NCBI GenBank assembly: GCA_017609985.1 | Contig: JAFCCW010000013.1 | Location: 21,652-85,651 of the forward strand | DNA length: 64,000 nucleotides | Reading direction: 5' to 3' | From: Candidatus Iainarchaeum sp. | Lineage (GTDB): Archaea > Iainarchaeota > Iainarchaeia > Iainarchaeales > JAFCCW01 | Translations under genes and position numbers: made by a program | Shown here: positions 28,321 to 37,200 of the stretch, piece by piece | How the letters are laid out: each line of letters begins with the position of its first letter | Numbering within the stretch: the first letter of the stretch is position 1 | Notes under the pieces: model-generated | The model's database searches: none | Told to the model about the DNA's origin: nothing | The model's input: the letters and a program-made list of their open reading frames with translations, nothing else

Positions 28321-29142
28321 ATGGCACTTTTTGAAGAACTAAATACTCTGATGGTAAAGCACAGGTTTCGCCCAAACAGAAAAATGGGACAAAATTTCAT
28401 AGTTAACGAAGACATTGTCAAAGACTTGATTAATCTTGCAGACCTCAAGAAGTCGGACACAGTTCTTGAAATTGGAGCAGGAACTGGTTTTCTCACAAGA
28501 GAAATTCAGAAAAACTCCAAGACAATTGCAGTAGAGCTTGACAAAACCCTTTTCGAACTTCTTCAAAAAGAGCTTCCAAAAAAGAATCTGAAACTAGTGA
28601 ATGAAAATTTTCTAAAAGCACAGCTTCCCAAATACAACAAGATTGTTTCTCTCCCCCCCTACACAATTTCTTCAAAACTTATTCAGAAAGTTCTTGAAAC
28701 CGGTTTTGAAAAAGCAGTGCTTGTTCTTCAGCGAGAATTTGCAGAAAAGCTTGTTGCAGAATCAGGTTTTCTAGAATACAATTATCTTTCAGTTCTCACT
28801 CAATACTATTCCACTCCTGAAATTGTAAAAAATGTTTCCCCAGATTCTTTTTTTCCAATTCCAAATTCTCTTTCCTCAATTGTTGTGCTGAATTATGGAA
28901 AAAGATTTGGAGTGGCAAAAGATGAAGTAAAGTTTAGGAATTTTTTAAAGTCTGTTTTCAGATACCAGAACAAAAATCTTTCAAACTCGCTAAAATGTGC
29001 TTTTCCTTTCATAAAAAAAGAAGTTGGTCTCAAAAAAACTGAATTCAATGAAAAAATTTCTTTGCTTGACTTAAACGAATTCAAAACAAACCTTGTTTTT
29101 CCAGAAGAATTTGTAAAAGTTTTTAATTCACTTTATGTTTAG
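28321..29142 (+). CDS. ksgA: 16S rRNA dimethyladenosine transferase
   Basis: GQNF, VLEIGAGTG, QREFAEKL and FFPIP motifs; conserved synteny. Confidence 0.88.
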   Translation: MALFEELNTLMVKHRFRPNRKMGQNFIVNEDIVKDLINLADLKKSDTVLEIGAGTGFLTREIQKNSKTIAVELDKTLFELLQKELPKKNLKLVNENFLKAQLPKYNKIVSLPPYTISSKLIQKVLETGFEKAVLVLQREFAEKLVAESGFLEYNYLSVLTQYYSTPEIVKNVSPDSFFPIPNSLSSIVVLNYGKRFGVAKDEVKFRNFLKSVFRYQNKNLSNSLKCAFPFIKKEVGLKKTEFNEKISLLDLNEFKTNLVFPEEFVKVFNSLYV

Positions 29143-29163
29143 AATTTATGCTATGTTTAGTGT

Positions 29164-30666
29164 TTAAACAAATTCTTCTAAGATAATTCTTTCCATTTGA
29201 ACAACTTCAAGAGACTTTGCAATTTTTTCAGCTGCTTCAAGTTTTCTTTTGGTTGAAGAATAAATTGTGAAAAGAACTTCCTTCTTTTTTACAGTGTCGC
29301 CTGCTTCAACTTCAAGCAGTAATCCAGCATAATGGTCTGCTGGAGCCCCGGCTGCTCTGGCAATGTCAATGCAGTTTCCAAGATTAACTGAGTGAATTTC
29401 TCCTGATTCTTTTGCCTTTATCTCTATCTTGTATTTTCCGTCTTTTATTTCAGTACTGGTTGTGGCCTTTGCGCCCTGTGCTTTAATGATTGCTTTCATT
29501 TTTTTAAGAGCCTGTTTGCTTTCAAGAATATTCTTTGCTTTGCTGTATCCTTTTCCCTTTTTTGTTTTTCCGCATAATTCAAACAGCACTCCTGCTAGCT
29601 CGCAACTCTTTTGTGCAAGATTGTCAAAAACTTTTCCTTCAAGAATTTTCATTGCATGCTTTGCTTCAAGAGCTGGTCCAAAAGCAGGGCCTGAGGGTTC
29701 TTCTCCGTTTGTAATAACTGCATTAACCTTCATTCCAAGTGATTCTCCAACACTCAAAAACTTGAGTGCCATTTCTTCTGCCCGTTTTCTTGTCTTGATT
29801 TTTGCCTCGGGTCCAACAGGCAAATCAATTACAACATATTTTGCTCCAACGCTTGCTTTTTTTGCCATAACACTTGCAATAACTTGTCCGTCCGGGTCAA
29901 GGGAGAGAGGGTGTTCAACCTTTATTATCTTGTCGTCAACTGGAGCAAGGTCTAGTGAACCGCCCCAGACAATTACTCCGCCGTGCTTTTCAGTAATGTT
30001 TTTGATTTTGTTCAAGGGCAATCCAACTTTGGCAAGAACCTCCATTGCGTCAGCTGTTCCTGCGGGAGAAGTAATTGCTCGAGAAGAAGTTTTTGGAATA
30101 AACAGTCCTGCTGAGGCAACAATCGGAATCACAATCATTGTTGTTCTGCCGTTTGTTCCTCCAACCGAGTGCTTGTCAACAATAGGAGCTTTTGAAATTT
30201 TTAACTGCTTTCCATCATCTCTTAAAGCTTTTGTCATTGCAACTGTTTCCTCTAAATCATAACCGTTGATAAAAATAGCTGTCAAAAACGCACCTAATTC
30301 CACATCGCTTAGCTTGTTGTCGCCAATGTCTTTTACAATTGTTCTAAGCTCTTCTTCGGAAAGCTTTCCTTTGCGAATCTTTTTTTGAATAAATTTTACG
30401 CTCTCTGGTCTCGGCACTGCAGAAACCCTTATTCTTGCGCTCTTTTTTGCCTTCAAAATCTTTTGAACATCTTCATAAATCCCAATCTGGTCTGGACCAA
30501 CCATTGAATCAGTTGTGTCAACCACGGTTGTCATGCACTTTTTTGCAGAAGGATTTGTCAATTCAACTCTGTCAAGGGGAAACACTCCAAGCTCACCAGC
30601 ATCTTTTTCATTCAAGAGACAGATGAGTTTTCCTGTTTCAATATCAAAAAGCTTTGCTTTCATCAT
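29164..30666 (-). CDS. AMP phosphorylase (thymidine phosphorylase family)
   Basis: N-terminal AMPpase-type extension; DKHSVGG, PKTSSRAITSPAGTAD and LAPVDD motifs. Confidence 0.92.
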   Translation of the reverse strand: MMKAKLFDIETGKLICLLNEKDAGELGVFPLDRVELTNPSAKKCMTTVVDTTDSMVGPDQIGIYEDVQKILKAKKSARIRVSAVPRPESVKFIQKKIRKGKLSEEELRTIVKDIGDNKLSDVELGAFLTAIFINGYDLEETVAMTKALRDDGKQLKISKAPIVDKHSVGGTNGRTTMIVIPIVASAGLFIPKTSSRAITSPAGTADAMEVLAKVGLPLNKIKNITEKHGGVIVWGGSLDLAPVDDKIIKVEHPLSLDPDGQVIASVMAKKASVGAKYVVIDLPVGPEAKIKTRKRAEEMALKFLSVGESLGMKVNAVITNGEEPSGPAFGPALEAKHAMKILEGKVFDNLAQKSCELAGVLFELCGKTKKGKGYSKAKNILESKQALKKMKAIIKAQGAKATTSTEIKDGKYKIEIKAKESGEIHSVNLGNCIDIARAAGAPADHYAGLLLEVEAGDTVKKKEVLFTIYSSTKRKLEAAEKIAKSLEVVQMERIILEEFV

Positions 30667-30740
30667 CTGAGAGTAACCAGATGAAATTTCACATTTTTCT
30701 CTAACCATTTTAATCCAATTAGAAAACGCTGTTTGTCTAT

Positions 30741-31388
30741 TTAAAGATTTCTTATAATTTCTTCAAGTTCTGAAAAGTTTTTTATTTCAAAATCCGGTTC
30801 TGTTTCCCGTAAGGATTCTCTACTTCCGAATCCATAACTTGCCCAGACAGAAACAACTCCTGCACTTAACCCTGCTCCGACATCGTAAATCATGTCTCCA
30901 ACAAAAACAGTTTTTTCTTTGCTGACTCCAGTTCTCTTTATTGCCAGCTCCACTATGTCTGGTGCAGGCTTTGCTTTCTCAACCAAGTCTTCTCCAAGAA
31001 TAACATCAAAATATTTTGCTATTCCAACACCCTCTGCGACAAGCTCAGCCATATAAGTCTTTTTAGTTGTTGCAATCGCAAGCTTGATTCCAAACTTTTT
31101 TAAGGTTTCAAGTGTTTCCATAACTCCTTGGTAAGTTGGGGAACCAGTTGGTCCAATTTCGCTATATTTTTTTCTATAGCTTGCAGATGCTTCTTCAACC
31201 AAGTTCTTTTTTTTGTCAGGCAGAACGATTTCAAAAATTTCTTCAAGAGGCATTCCAGTGTACTGCAGAAGGTCTTCTTGTTCTTCAACTCCGACTTCTT
31301 TTAGTGCATGGTTAAAAGAAATATTCATTTCCCTCAAGGAGTCAATCAGAGTACCATCTAGGTCGCAAGCGAGAAGTTTTTTGTTCAC
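30741..31388 (-). CDS. HAD hydrolase (phosphoglycolate phosphatase-like)
   Basis: DLDGTLIDS, KPAP and VGDMIYD motifs. Confidence 0.88.
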   Translation of the reverse strand: MNKKLLACDLDGTLIDSLREMNISFNHALKEVGVEEQEDLLQYTGMPLEEIFEIVLPDKKKNLVEEASASYRKKYSEIGPTGSPTYQGVMETLETLKKFGIKLAIATTKKTYMAELVAEGVGIAKYFDVILGEDLVEKAKPAPDIVELAIKRTGVSKEKTVFVGDMIYDVGAGLSAGVVSVWASYGFGSRESLRETEPDFEIKNFSELEEIIRNL

Positions 31389-31396
31389 AAAAACAC

Positions 31397-32248
31397 CTAG
31401 AAGTCTATTTCCTTGTTGAGTTCTTTGATTGCCTTTACTGCTGCTCCGGCAAAGTCAGTGGTTCCTTCCTTTTCGTAAGCAAAGTTTATTCCACTGCTTG
31501 AATTGATTCTTTGAATTGCAATGTCCATGCCTGTTTTCTTGAGGATGCTTGTGACTTCTTCAGCTGAACCACCCTGTGCGCCCACGCCAGGAATAAGTAA
31601 TGGCATTTTTGCTTTCTTTTCCACAAAGAATTTGCAAAGTTCCTCCATTTCAGCAGGCGAAGTTGCTCCAACAACTGCTCCCACGTTTCCCTCTGCATTG
31701 GAACCCCATTCCACAATTTTTTCTGCAACAATCTCGTAAAGTTTTCTTCCCTCTATTTCAAGGTTTTGTAATTCTTTTGCTCCCTCGTTGCTTGTTCTGT
31801 TCAGAATGTATGCTCCCTTTCCCTTTTCCTCACACCATTTAATGAACGGTCCAACAGAATCCTGTCCCATGTATGGGGCAAGAGTAACACAGTCTGCTCC
31901 CCAAAATCCAAAAACTTCTTCTGCATAGGCTGCGGAAGTCTTTCCAATGTCTCCTCTCTTTGCATCAAGAATAACTGGCAAGCCAACCTCTTTTGCTTTT
32001 GCAATAACCTTCTTCAAAGCTCTTAGTCCCTCAAAACCATACTGTGCATAGAAAGCAATGTTTGGCTTGATTGCTCCCGGGAGCGTGTTCTCTGAAGAAG
32101 CAGCCTCGAGAATTTGTTCGTAGAAACTTGAAATTTGTTCTTCTGGTCCGCCTTTAAGAGGGATTTTATCAAGAACAGGGTCTGCTCCCATGCAGACAAT
32201 GCTCTTGTTTTTTTCAGTTGTTTCTCGCAGAAGGTCAGCGTAACCCAT
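31397..32248 (-). CDS. pyrF: Orotidine-5'-phosphate decarboxylase
   Basis: KPNIAFY, DAKRGDIGKT, VVGAT and PGVGAQGG motifs. Confidence 0.95.
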   Translation of the reverse strand: MGYADLLRETTEKNKSIVCMGADPVLDKIPLKGGPEEQISSFYEQILEAASSENTLPGAIKPNIAFYAQYGFEGLRALKKVIAKAKEVGLPVILDAKRGDIGKTSAAYAEEVFGFWGADCVTLAPYMGQDSVGPFIKWCEEKGKGAYILNRTSNEGAKELQNLEIEGRKLYEIVAEKIVEWGSNAEGNVGAVVGATSPAEMEELCKFFVEKKAKMPLLIPGVGAQGGSAEEVTSILKKTGMDIAIQRINSSSGINFAYEKEGTTDFAGAAVKAIKELNKEIDF

Positions 32249-32871
32249 TACTTTCCCTCCTCTGGTTTCCATTTTTCAGGATCCTTAATATATCCAAGAA
32301 TACTTTTTTGTTGTTCTTCTGTTATCTTGTTGTGTTCTACAAGAGTCTGCAAAATTTCACTCATTGTGTAAACACTGTGCAAGTCATAACCTTTTGCTTT
32401 AAGGTCGTTTTTGCCTCCTTGTTCTCTGTCCACTAACACAACAATATCCTTTACCTTCAAGCCAACTGCTTCAAGCGGAGCAATTGCTTCAAACTTGCTC
32501 TCCCCAGTTGTAATCAGGTCGTCGTAAACAAGAATTCTTTCACCCTCTGTATAGACTCCCTCAATTTTCCTCTTTGTTCCATAACCCTTTTGCTCTTTTC
32601 TTGGGTAAATCATTGGAATATCGTTTTCAAGAGACACAGCTGTTGCAATTGAAATAGCTGCGTATGGAATACCAGCAATTCTGTCAAACTGCAAACCCAT
32701 TGTTTTCTTTCTTAGCTCTTCTGCAACCTCTTTGAGGATATTAGGGTAAGAAATCAAAACCCTCAAGTCAATGTATATTGGACTCTTTAGTCCAGACTTT
32801 AGTGTAAACTCACCAAATTTTACTGCTCCAATCTTGAACAAATCAAGACACAATTTTTCCTTTGGATTCAA
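32248..32871 (-). CDS. pyrE: Orotate phosphoribosyltransferase
   Basis: FTLKSG..SPIYIDLR, RKEQKGYG and DDLITTG motifs. Confidence 0.95.
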   Translation of the reverse strand: MNPKEKLCLDLFKIGAVKFGEFTLKSGLKSPIYIDLRVLISYPNILKEVAEELRKKTMGLQFDRIAGIPYAAISIATAVSLENDIPMIYPRKEQKGYGTKRKIEGVYTEGERILVYDDLITTGESKFEAIAPLEAVGLKVKDIVVLVDREQGGKNDLKAKGYDLHSVYTMSEILQTLVEHNKITEEQQKSILGYIKDPEKWKPEEGK

Positions 32872-33311
32872 AGGCCCACCTCCGTTGTAAGTAAATGTTT
32901 TAACTCCTTTAAATTCCTAACCGTGAAATCTGGTTCCCTTCTCTTCAATGGCATCTCATCTTCAAACTTTCCTTGCCTTACCCACACAGCTTTCATTCCA
33001 AGTTCTTTTCCAAGAGCAATCTCCTTGACTGCTCGATCGCCAACCATCAAGCAGTCTGTTGGATTCAAGCTTTCTTCTTTCAAAATCTTTCTCAGCCCTT
33101 CCAAATCCTTTTCTTCAACAAAAAACATTTTCTTAAACCATTTGCCCACAAGCTCTTCTGCTCGCTCCCGCCTGCCAGCAGGATTCTTGCTCAGAAGGGA
33201 AAGCCTTGTTTTTCCAAGTAACTCCTCCAAAAGCTCTTCTGTGCCATCAATGAGACTATCAGTATCTGGGTTGTACAGAGTTCTGCTGAAGTCAAAAAAG
33301 ATAATTTTCAT
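32868..33311 (-). CDS. Minimal HAD-like hydrolase
   Basis: IFFDFSRTL and VGDRAVKEI motifs; no cap domain. Confidence 0.75.
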   Translation of the reverse strand: MKIIFFDFSRTLYNPDTDSLIDGTEELLEELLGKTRLSLLSKNPAGRRERAEELVGKWFKKMFFVEEKDLEGLRKILKEESLNPTDCLMVGDRAVKEIALGKELGMKAVWVRQGKFEDEMPLKRREPDFTVRNLKELKHLLTTEVGL

Positions 33312-34456
33312 TTTGTTATCCTCCTTACAATCTTGACTATATCTCCAACAGGAAGATCAAATATTCTATTACTATTTTCCAAAATTCCTTGTTTTTCAGC
33401 TCTTTTTCCTATCTCTCCCAAAAGTTCCTTAGCTTCCCTGTGCACTCTTGTCCAAATTTGTCTGTTTTCACTTTCCCATTTTGAGAGATCTCCTGCGAGT
33501 TCCGAAAGATATATTATTTCTTCTCTGTTACTTCCTTCTGGCAAAGCATAATATCCTCTTATTGCAGCGGCTCTTTTTCTGCCAGCTGCGTCTCTCGTCA
33601 TTTTATTCATCCTTGCCTGAAATCCAGTATCTGTTTTTTCGGAAAGAATATTTTCAAGAACTTTTTCTCTTTGCTCTCTTGTTCCTGTAAAGTTGGTGAA
33701 CCCTGTGTCAGCGAATTCAGCCATATAATCGTCAAGAAGCTTTGCAAGCTCAGGATTTTTTGAAGGCTCTCTGCCATTTTCTGCAGCTTTCTTTATTTGC
33801 TCTCTTGCTATTCCCAGCCTCTGTTCCATTGTTTTCTTGTCTGAGACAAACATCCTTGTTGTTGAGTCTGGTGGTTGTTTTCCTCTTTTAAAGTCATCAT
33901 CCAACATTTCTTCAACTGCAGTTGCCATAGTATCTGCAAAGAAAGAACTTTTTGTAAATTCAGTTCTTGTGGATAGGAATTCTGAAAATGCTTTTGAGAT
34001 CTCTTGGTTGCTTGCGTTTGGATATTTTGATTTTTGCATTCTTTTAGCAAGATTTCTCATCTGTTCGTTTACTTGTTCCTTAGACTGTCTTATTTTTCTC
34101 ACTGCTGCGGAAGAGCGAAGTTTTTTCTTCAGACCATTAACCACTCTTCTATACTCATCTTCATCTACAATAAATATTCCGTTGAAGTTAGTCATTGTTG
34201 AGAATCGCATTCCAAATTCTTCTGGAGCGCGTTTTGCTCCGCGATAGATGAGAGTGCTATATAGGGATCCTCTTTCCCCCCAGTCTCTTATTACTATTGG
34301 TTTTGAAATCTTCTTTTGTTTACATCTTTTTCTCAATTGCTCTTGCTGTTCAGGTGATAGTTTTGTTTTTGAAATAACCTGGGCTAAATGCGTTCTGCTA
34401 ATCAGTTTTCTCCTTGGAATCACTAAATCCAACCTCTTTTCCTTTTGTTTACTCAA
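33308..34456 (-). CDS. Orphan resembling the helical central domain of PEP-utilizer/rifampin-phosphotransferase-like proteins
   Basis: LLGEIGKRAEKQGILENSNRIFDL at the C-terminus; no His swivel domain. Confidence 0.5.
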   Translation of the reverse strand: MSKQKEKRLDLVIPRRKLISRTHLAQVISKTKLSPEQQEQLRKRCKQKKISKPIVIRDWGERGSLYSTLIYRGAKRAPEEFGMRFSTMTNFNGIFIVDEDEYRRVVNGLKKKLRSSAAVRKIRQSKEQVNEQMRNLAKRMQKSKYPNASNQEISKAFSEFLSTRTEFTKSSFFADTMATAVEEMLDDDFKRGKQPPDSTTRMFVSDKKTMEQRLGIAREQIKKAAENGREPSKNPELAKLLDDYMAEFADTGFTNFTGTREQREKVLENILSEKTDTGFQARMNKMTRDAAGRKRAAAIRGYYALPEGSNREEIIYLSELAGDLSKWESENRQIWTRVHREAKELLGEIGKRAEKQGILENSNRIFDLPVGDIVKIVRRITK

Positions 34457-35796
34457 CTGTCAATATAGGTTCCGCCACTGAATTCAACCTCTTTTCCTTT
34501 TGGTTCTCCAACTATTTTGCCGGAGTCAAACACTAGCTGTCCTCGAACAATTGTTTTTACAACTGCTCCCTGCAGTTGCATTCCGTTGAAGGGGGACCAG
34601 TTGCATTTTGTGAACAGGTTTCCGTTTCTTGCCTTGAATGTCTTGTTCATGTTGACTATTGCAAAGTCTGCGTCAAAGCCTTTTGCAATAGCTCCTTTTC
34701 CTCTGATTCCAAAAATGCCGGCAGGTCTTTCACAGCATAACTTAACCATTTTTGCAAGAGCAAGTTTTCCTTCGTTAACTGCATTCAGCATCAAGGGCAT
34801 CATTGTTTCAATCCCTGGAACCCCTGCTGGTGCATCCCAGTATGGCTTGTTTTTTTCAGCCACTGTGTGTGGTGCATGATCTGTTGCAACAGAGTCAATA
34901 ATGTTTGACTCAATTCCCTGCCATAAAGCCAGCTTGTCTTCCTTGCTTCTCAGAGGAGGATTCATTTTTCCAAAGTTCCCAAGCTTTCCAGCGTCCTTTG
35001 AAGTCAAAAATAAGTGGTGCGGTGTTGCCTCACAGCTAATCTTTTTTCCCTTTCTCTTCGCATCCCTCACGAGTTCCATTCCCTTTTTTGTGGAAACATG
35101 CAAAAAATGCATGTCATTTCCTGACTTTTCCTGATTTTTTAAAGCATAGCTTATTGCTTCAATCTCTGCATTTGCTGGTCTGATGTCTGAATGAAACAAT
35201 GCAGTGTCAAGTCCTTCATTCTTTGCTCTTGCTGCATTTCTCTGAATTATTTTTTCATCTTCTGCGTGCACTGTAACAGGCCTGCCAATTCTTTTAGCAC
35301 TAATGCATATTTTTCGCATTGCTTCCAAGTCATCAACAAGAAGGGAGCCAGTGCTTGAACCCATAAAAATTTTAATGCTTGCAATGTTTCTGGAATTTTC
35401 AATCTGTGACCTGTTAAACTTTGTTGCTCCAAAGTGAAATCCATAGTCCACAAAGCTCTGCCCTGAAACAATTTCTCTTTTTTCTTCAAGATGCTCTAGT
35501 GTTGTAAGTGCGGGATTTGTATTTGGCATGTCAAGAACTGTTGTCACACCGCCTGCAGCAGCTGCACTGCTTCCAGTTTCCCAATCTTCTTTGTAGTCTG
35601 CGCCAGGGACACGAAAATGCACGTGCCCGTCAATTGCCCCTGGCAAAACAATGCAGCCAGAACAATCAATTACCTGGCTTCCTTTGAGGAGAGACCCGCT
35701 GACTTCCACAATCTTTCCATCATTTACTCCAATAAATGAATTTAGTGGTTTTCCCCGAGAGAAAACCCGGCCACCTTTCAAAACTAAGTCAAACAT
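34453..35796 (-). CDS. pyrC: Dihydroorotase
   Basis: DGHVHFR, DMPNT, KMNPPLR, TDHAPH and GVPGIET motifs. Confidence 0.93.
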   Translation of the reverse strand: MFDLVLKGGRVFSRGKPLNSFIGVNDGKIVEVSGSLLKGSQVIDCSGCIVLPGAIDGHVHFRVPGADYKEDWETGSSAAAAGGVTTVLDMPNTNPALTTLEHLEEKREIVSGQSFVDYGFHFGATKFNRSQIENSRNIASIKIFMGSSTGSLLVDDLEAMRKICISAKRIGRPVTVHAEDEKIIQRNAARAKNEGLDTALFHSDIRPANAEIEAISYALKNQEKSGNDMHFLHVSTKKGMELVRDAKRKGKKISCEATPHHLFLTSKDAGKLGNFGKMNPPLRSKEDKLALWQGIESNIIDSVATDHAPHTVAEKNKPYWDAPAGVPGIETMMPLMLNAVNEGKLALAKMVKLCCERPAGIFGIRGKGAIAKGFDADFAIVNMNKTFKARNGNLFTKCNWSPFNGMQLQGAVVKTIVRGQLVFDSGKIVGEPKGKEVEFSGGTYIDS

Positions 35797-35871
35797 TTCC
35801 CCACCTTTCCTTATTTTTATGTTTTTAATTTCTAATTTTATAATCTTAATTTACTTCAAGCTCTCAGCAAT

Positions 35872-36678
35872 TCAGCACTTGTTTCCCTTAGAATATTCTC
35901 CCAAGTCAACAAGCTTTCCACTCTTTGTTCTTGCAAATTTTCCAAGCTCTGTCAGCTGTTCAAGATGCTTTTTGTCAAACACTGGCCCTTCAACGCAAAC
36001 AAGCTTTCCGTTAATGCAGCATTCTCCGCACAAGCCAACAGCGCACTTCATAAAGCGTTCAAGAGAAAATTGGCATTCAATTCCTTTTTTCTTGCAAACC
36101 TCGAGAAGAGGAACCAGCATGACCTCTGGTCCGCAGGCAAATACGCAATCAAAACCTTCTTTCCCAAGAAGCTCTTCAACTTTTTGGGTTGTGAAACCCT
36201 TCTCTCCTTTGCTCCCATCATCCGTTGTTATGTATAAATCACTTATTTTTTCAAGTCTTTTTTCATAGGGTAACAGGTCAGCAGTTCTTGCTCCAAGAAC
36301 ATATGCTGGCTTCTTGCCGTGCTCTGCAAGCATTTCTGCAAGCGCGGTGAGGTTTGCATTGCCACAGCCTCCTCCAACAAGCAATGGCTTTGTTGTCTTT
36401 CCAAAGTGAAATCCGTGCCCAAAAGGTCCTCTGACACCAAATTCGTCTCCTTCTTTTAGCTTATGCATTTTCTCTGTAAAAATTCCTCTTTTCTGAACAC
36501 TTATTGCTGACTCGTTTCCAATTGAGGAGAGAGTAAATGGTTTTTCATCAATTCCCGGAAGCCAAACCATAACAAACTGCCCTGGTGAAGCATTCAACTC
36601 TTGTTCGAACCAGAAAGTCTTAATATCACTACACTCTTGCTCGATTTTCTTTATCTTTACTATCACGTGATTATCCAT
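35872..36678 (-). CDS. pyrK: Dihydroorotate dehydrogenase electron transfer subunit
   Basis: PGQFVMVW, RGPFG, CGPE and CAVGLCGEC..VCVEGPVF motifs. Confidence 0.93.
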   Translation of the reverse strand: MDNHVIVKIKKIEQECSDIKTFWFEQELNASPGQFVMVWLPGIDEKPFTLSSIGNESAISVQKRGIFTEKMHKLKEGDEFGVRGPFGHGFHFGKTTKPLLVGGGCGNANLTALAEMLAEHGKKPAYVLGARTADLLPYEKRLEKISDLYITTDDGSKGEKGFTTQKVEELLGKEGFDCVFACGPEVMLVPLLEVCKKKGIECQFSLERFMKCAVGLCGECCINGKLVCVEGPVFDKKHLEQLTELGKFARTKSGKLVDLGEYSKGNKC

Positions 36679-36733
36679 GAGCAACACCCGCTAGTTCATT
36701 ATATTTATAAACAGGTTCAACAAGCCTATTATT

Positions 36734-36817
36734 ATGGTTGAAGAAAAAACAGTTAAAGAGCTTTCCAAGATGGTTAAAGATAACCTTAAAGTCTATAAGG
36801 AACTTGCTAAGCATTAG
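36734..36817 (+). CDS. 27-aa antitoxin-like peptide convergent with doc
   Basis: MVEEKTVKELSKMVKDNLKVYKELAKH; its stop overlaps the doc stop; TTTATAAA lies about 25-30 nt upstream. Confidence 0.55.
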   Translation: MVEEKTVKELSKMVKDNLKVYKELAKH

Positions 36818-37200
36818 TTTATTCTTGTTTTCAGCCATTTCTTCACACCTCTAATTTTTACTTTTTTTGCACCGACTTTTTTGAGAAATTCAACATCTTC
36901 CATTTTCAGCTTAAGGTCTTTTCCATTGATCCTCAGGAATCTGTCAGTTATAGCGCTTGCTCCTCTTTTGTTTCCATCCATAAAAGTGTGCTTTGTTGCT
37001 ATCTCTCTTAAAAGAAATGCTGCTTTCATCAAAACACATTCTTTTTCTTCATTGTACAATTCCCTTACCCTCTGCAATGAAAAATCAAGAGAAGCTATCT
37101 CTCTAAACATAGGCTTAGCTTTTGTTTGCAACATCACTTCATTGTAAACCATAAGCGCTTCCTCCAAAGAAAGATATTTGACCTCATTTATGAGCAACAC
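36814..37200 (-). CDS. doc: Fic/Doc family toxin
   Basis: HTFMDGNKRGA Doc-type motif; KYLSLEE N-terminus; KAAFLL helix. Confidence 0.88.
   Translation of the reverse strand: MLLINEVKYLSLEEALMVYNEVMLQTKAKPMFREIASLDFSLQRVRELYNEEKECVLMKAAFLLREIATKHTFMDGNKRGASAITDRFLRINGKDLKLKMEDVEFLKKVGAKKVKIRGVKKWLKTRIN

Noticed and set aside
29429-30262. 277-aa plus-strand ORF (likewise 18991-19764, 60918-61601 and 8481-9074)
   Set aside because: Each is fully antisense to a well-supported gene and has no motifs.
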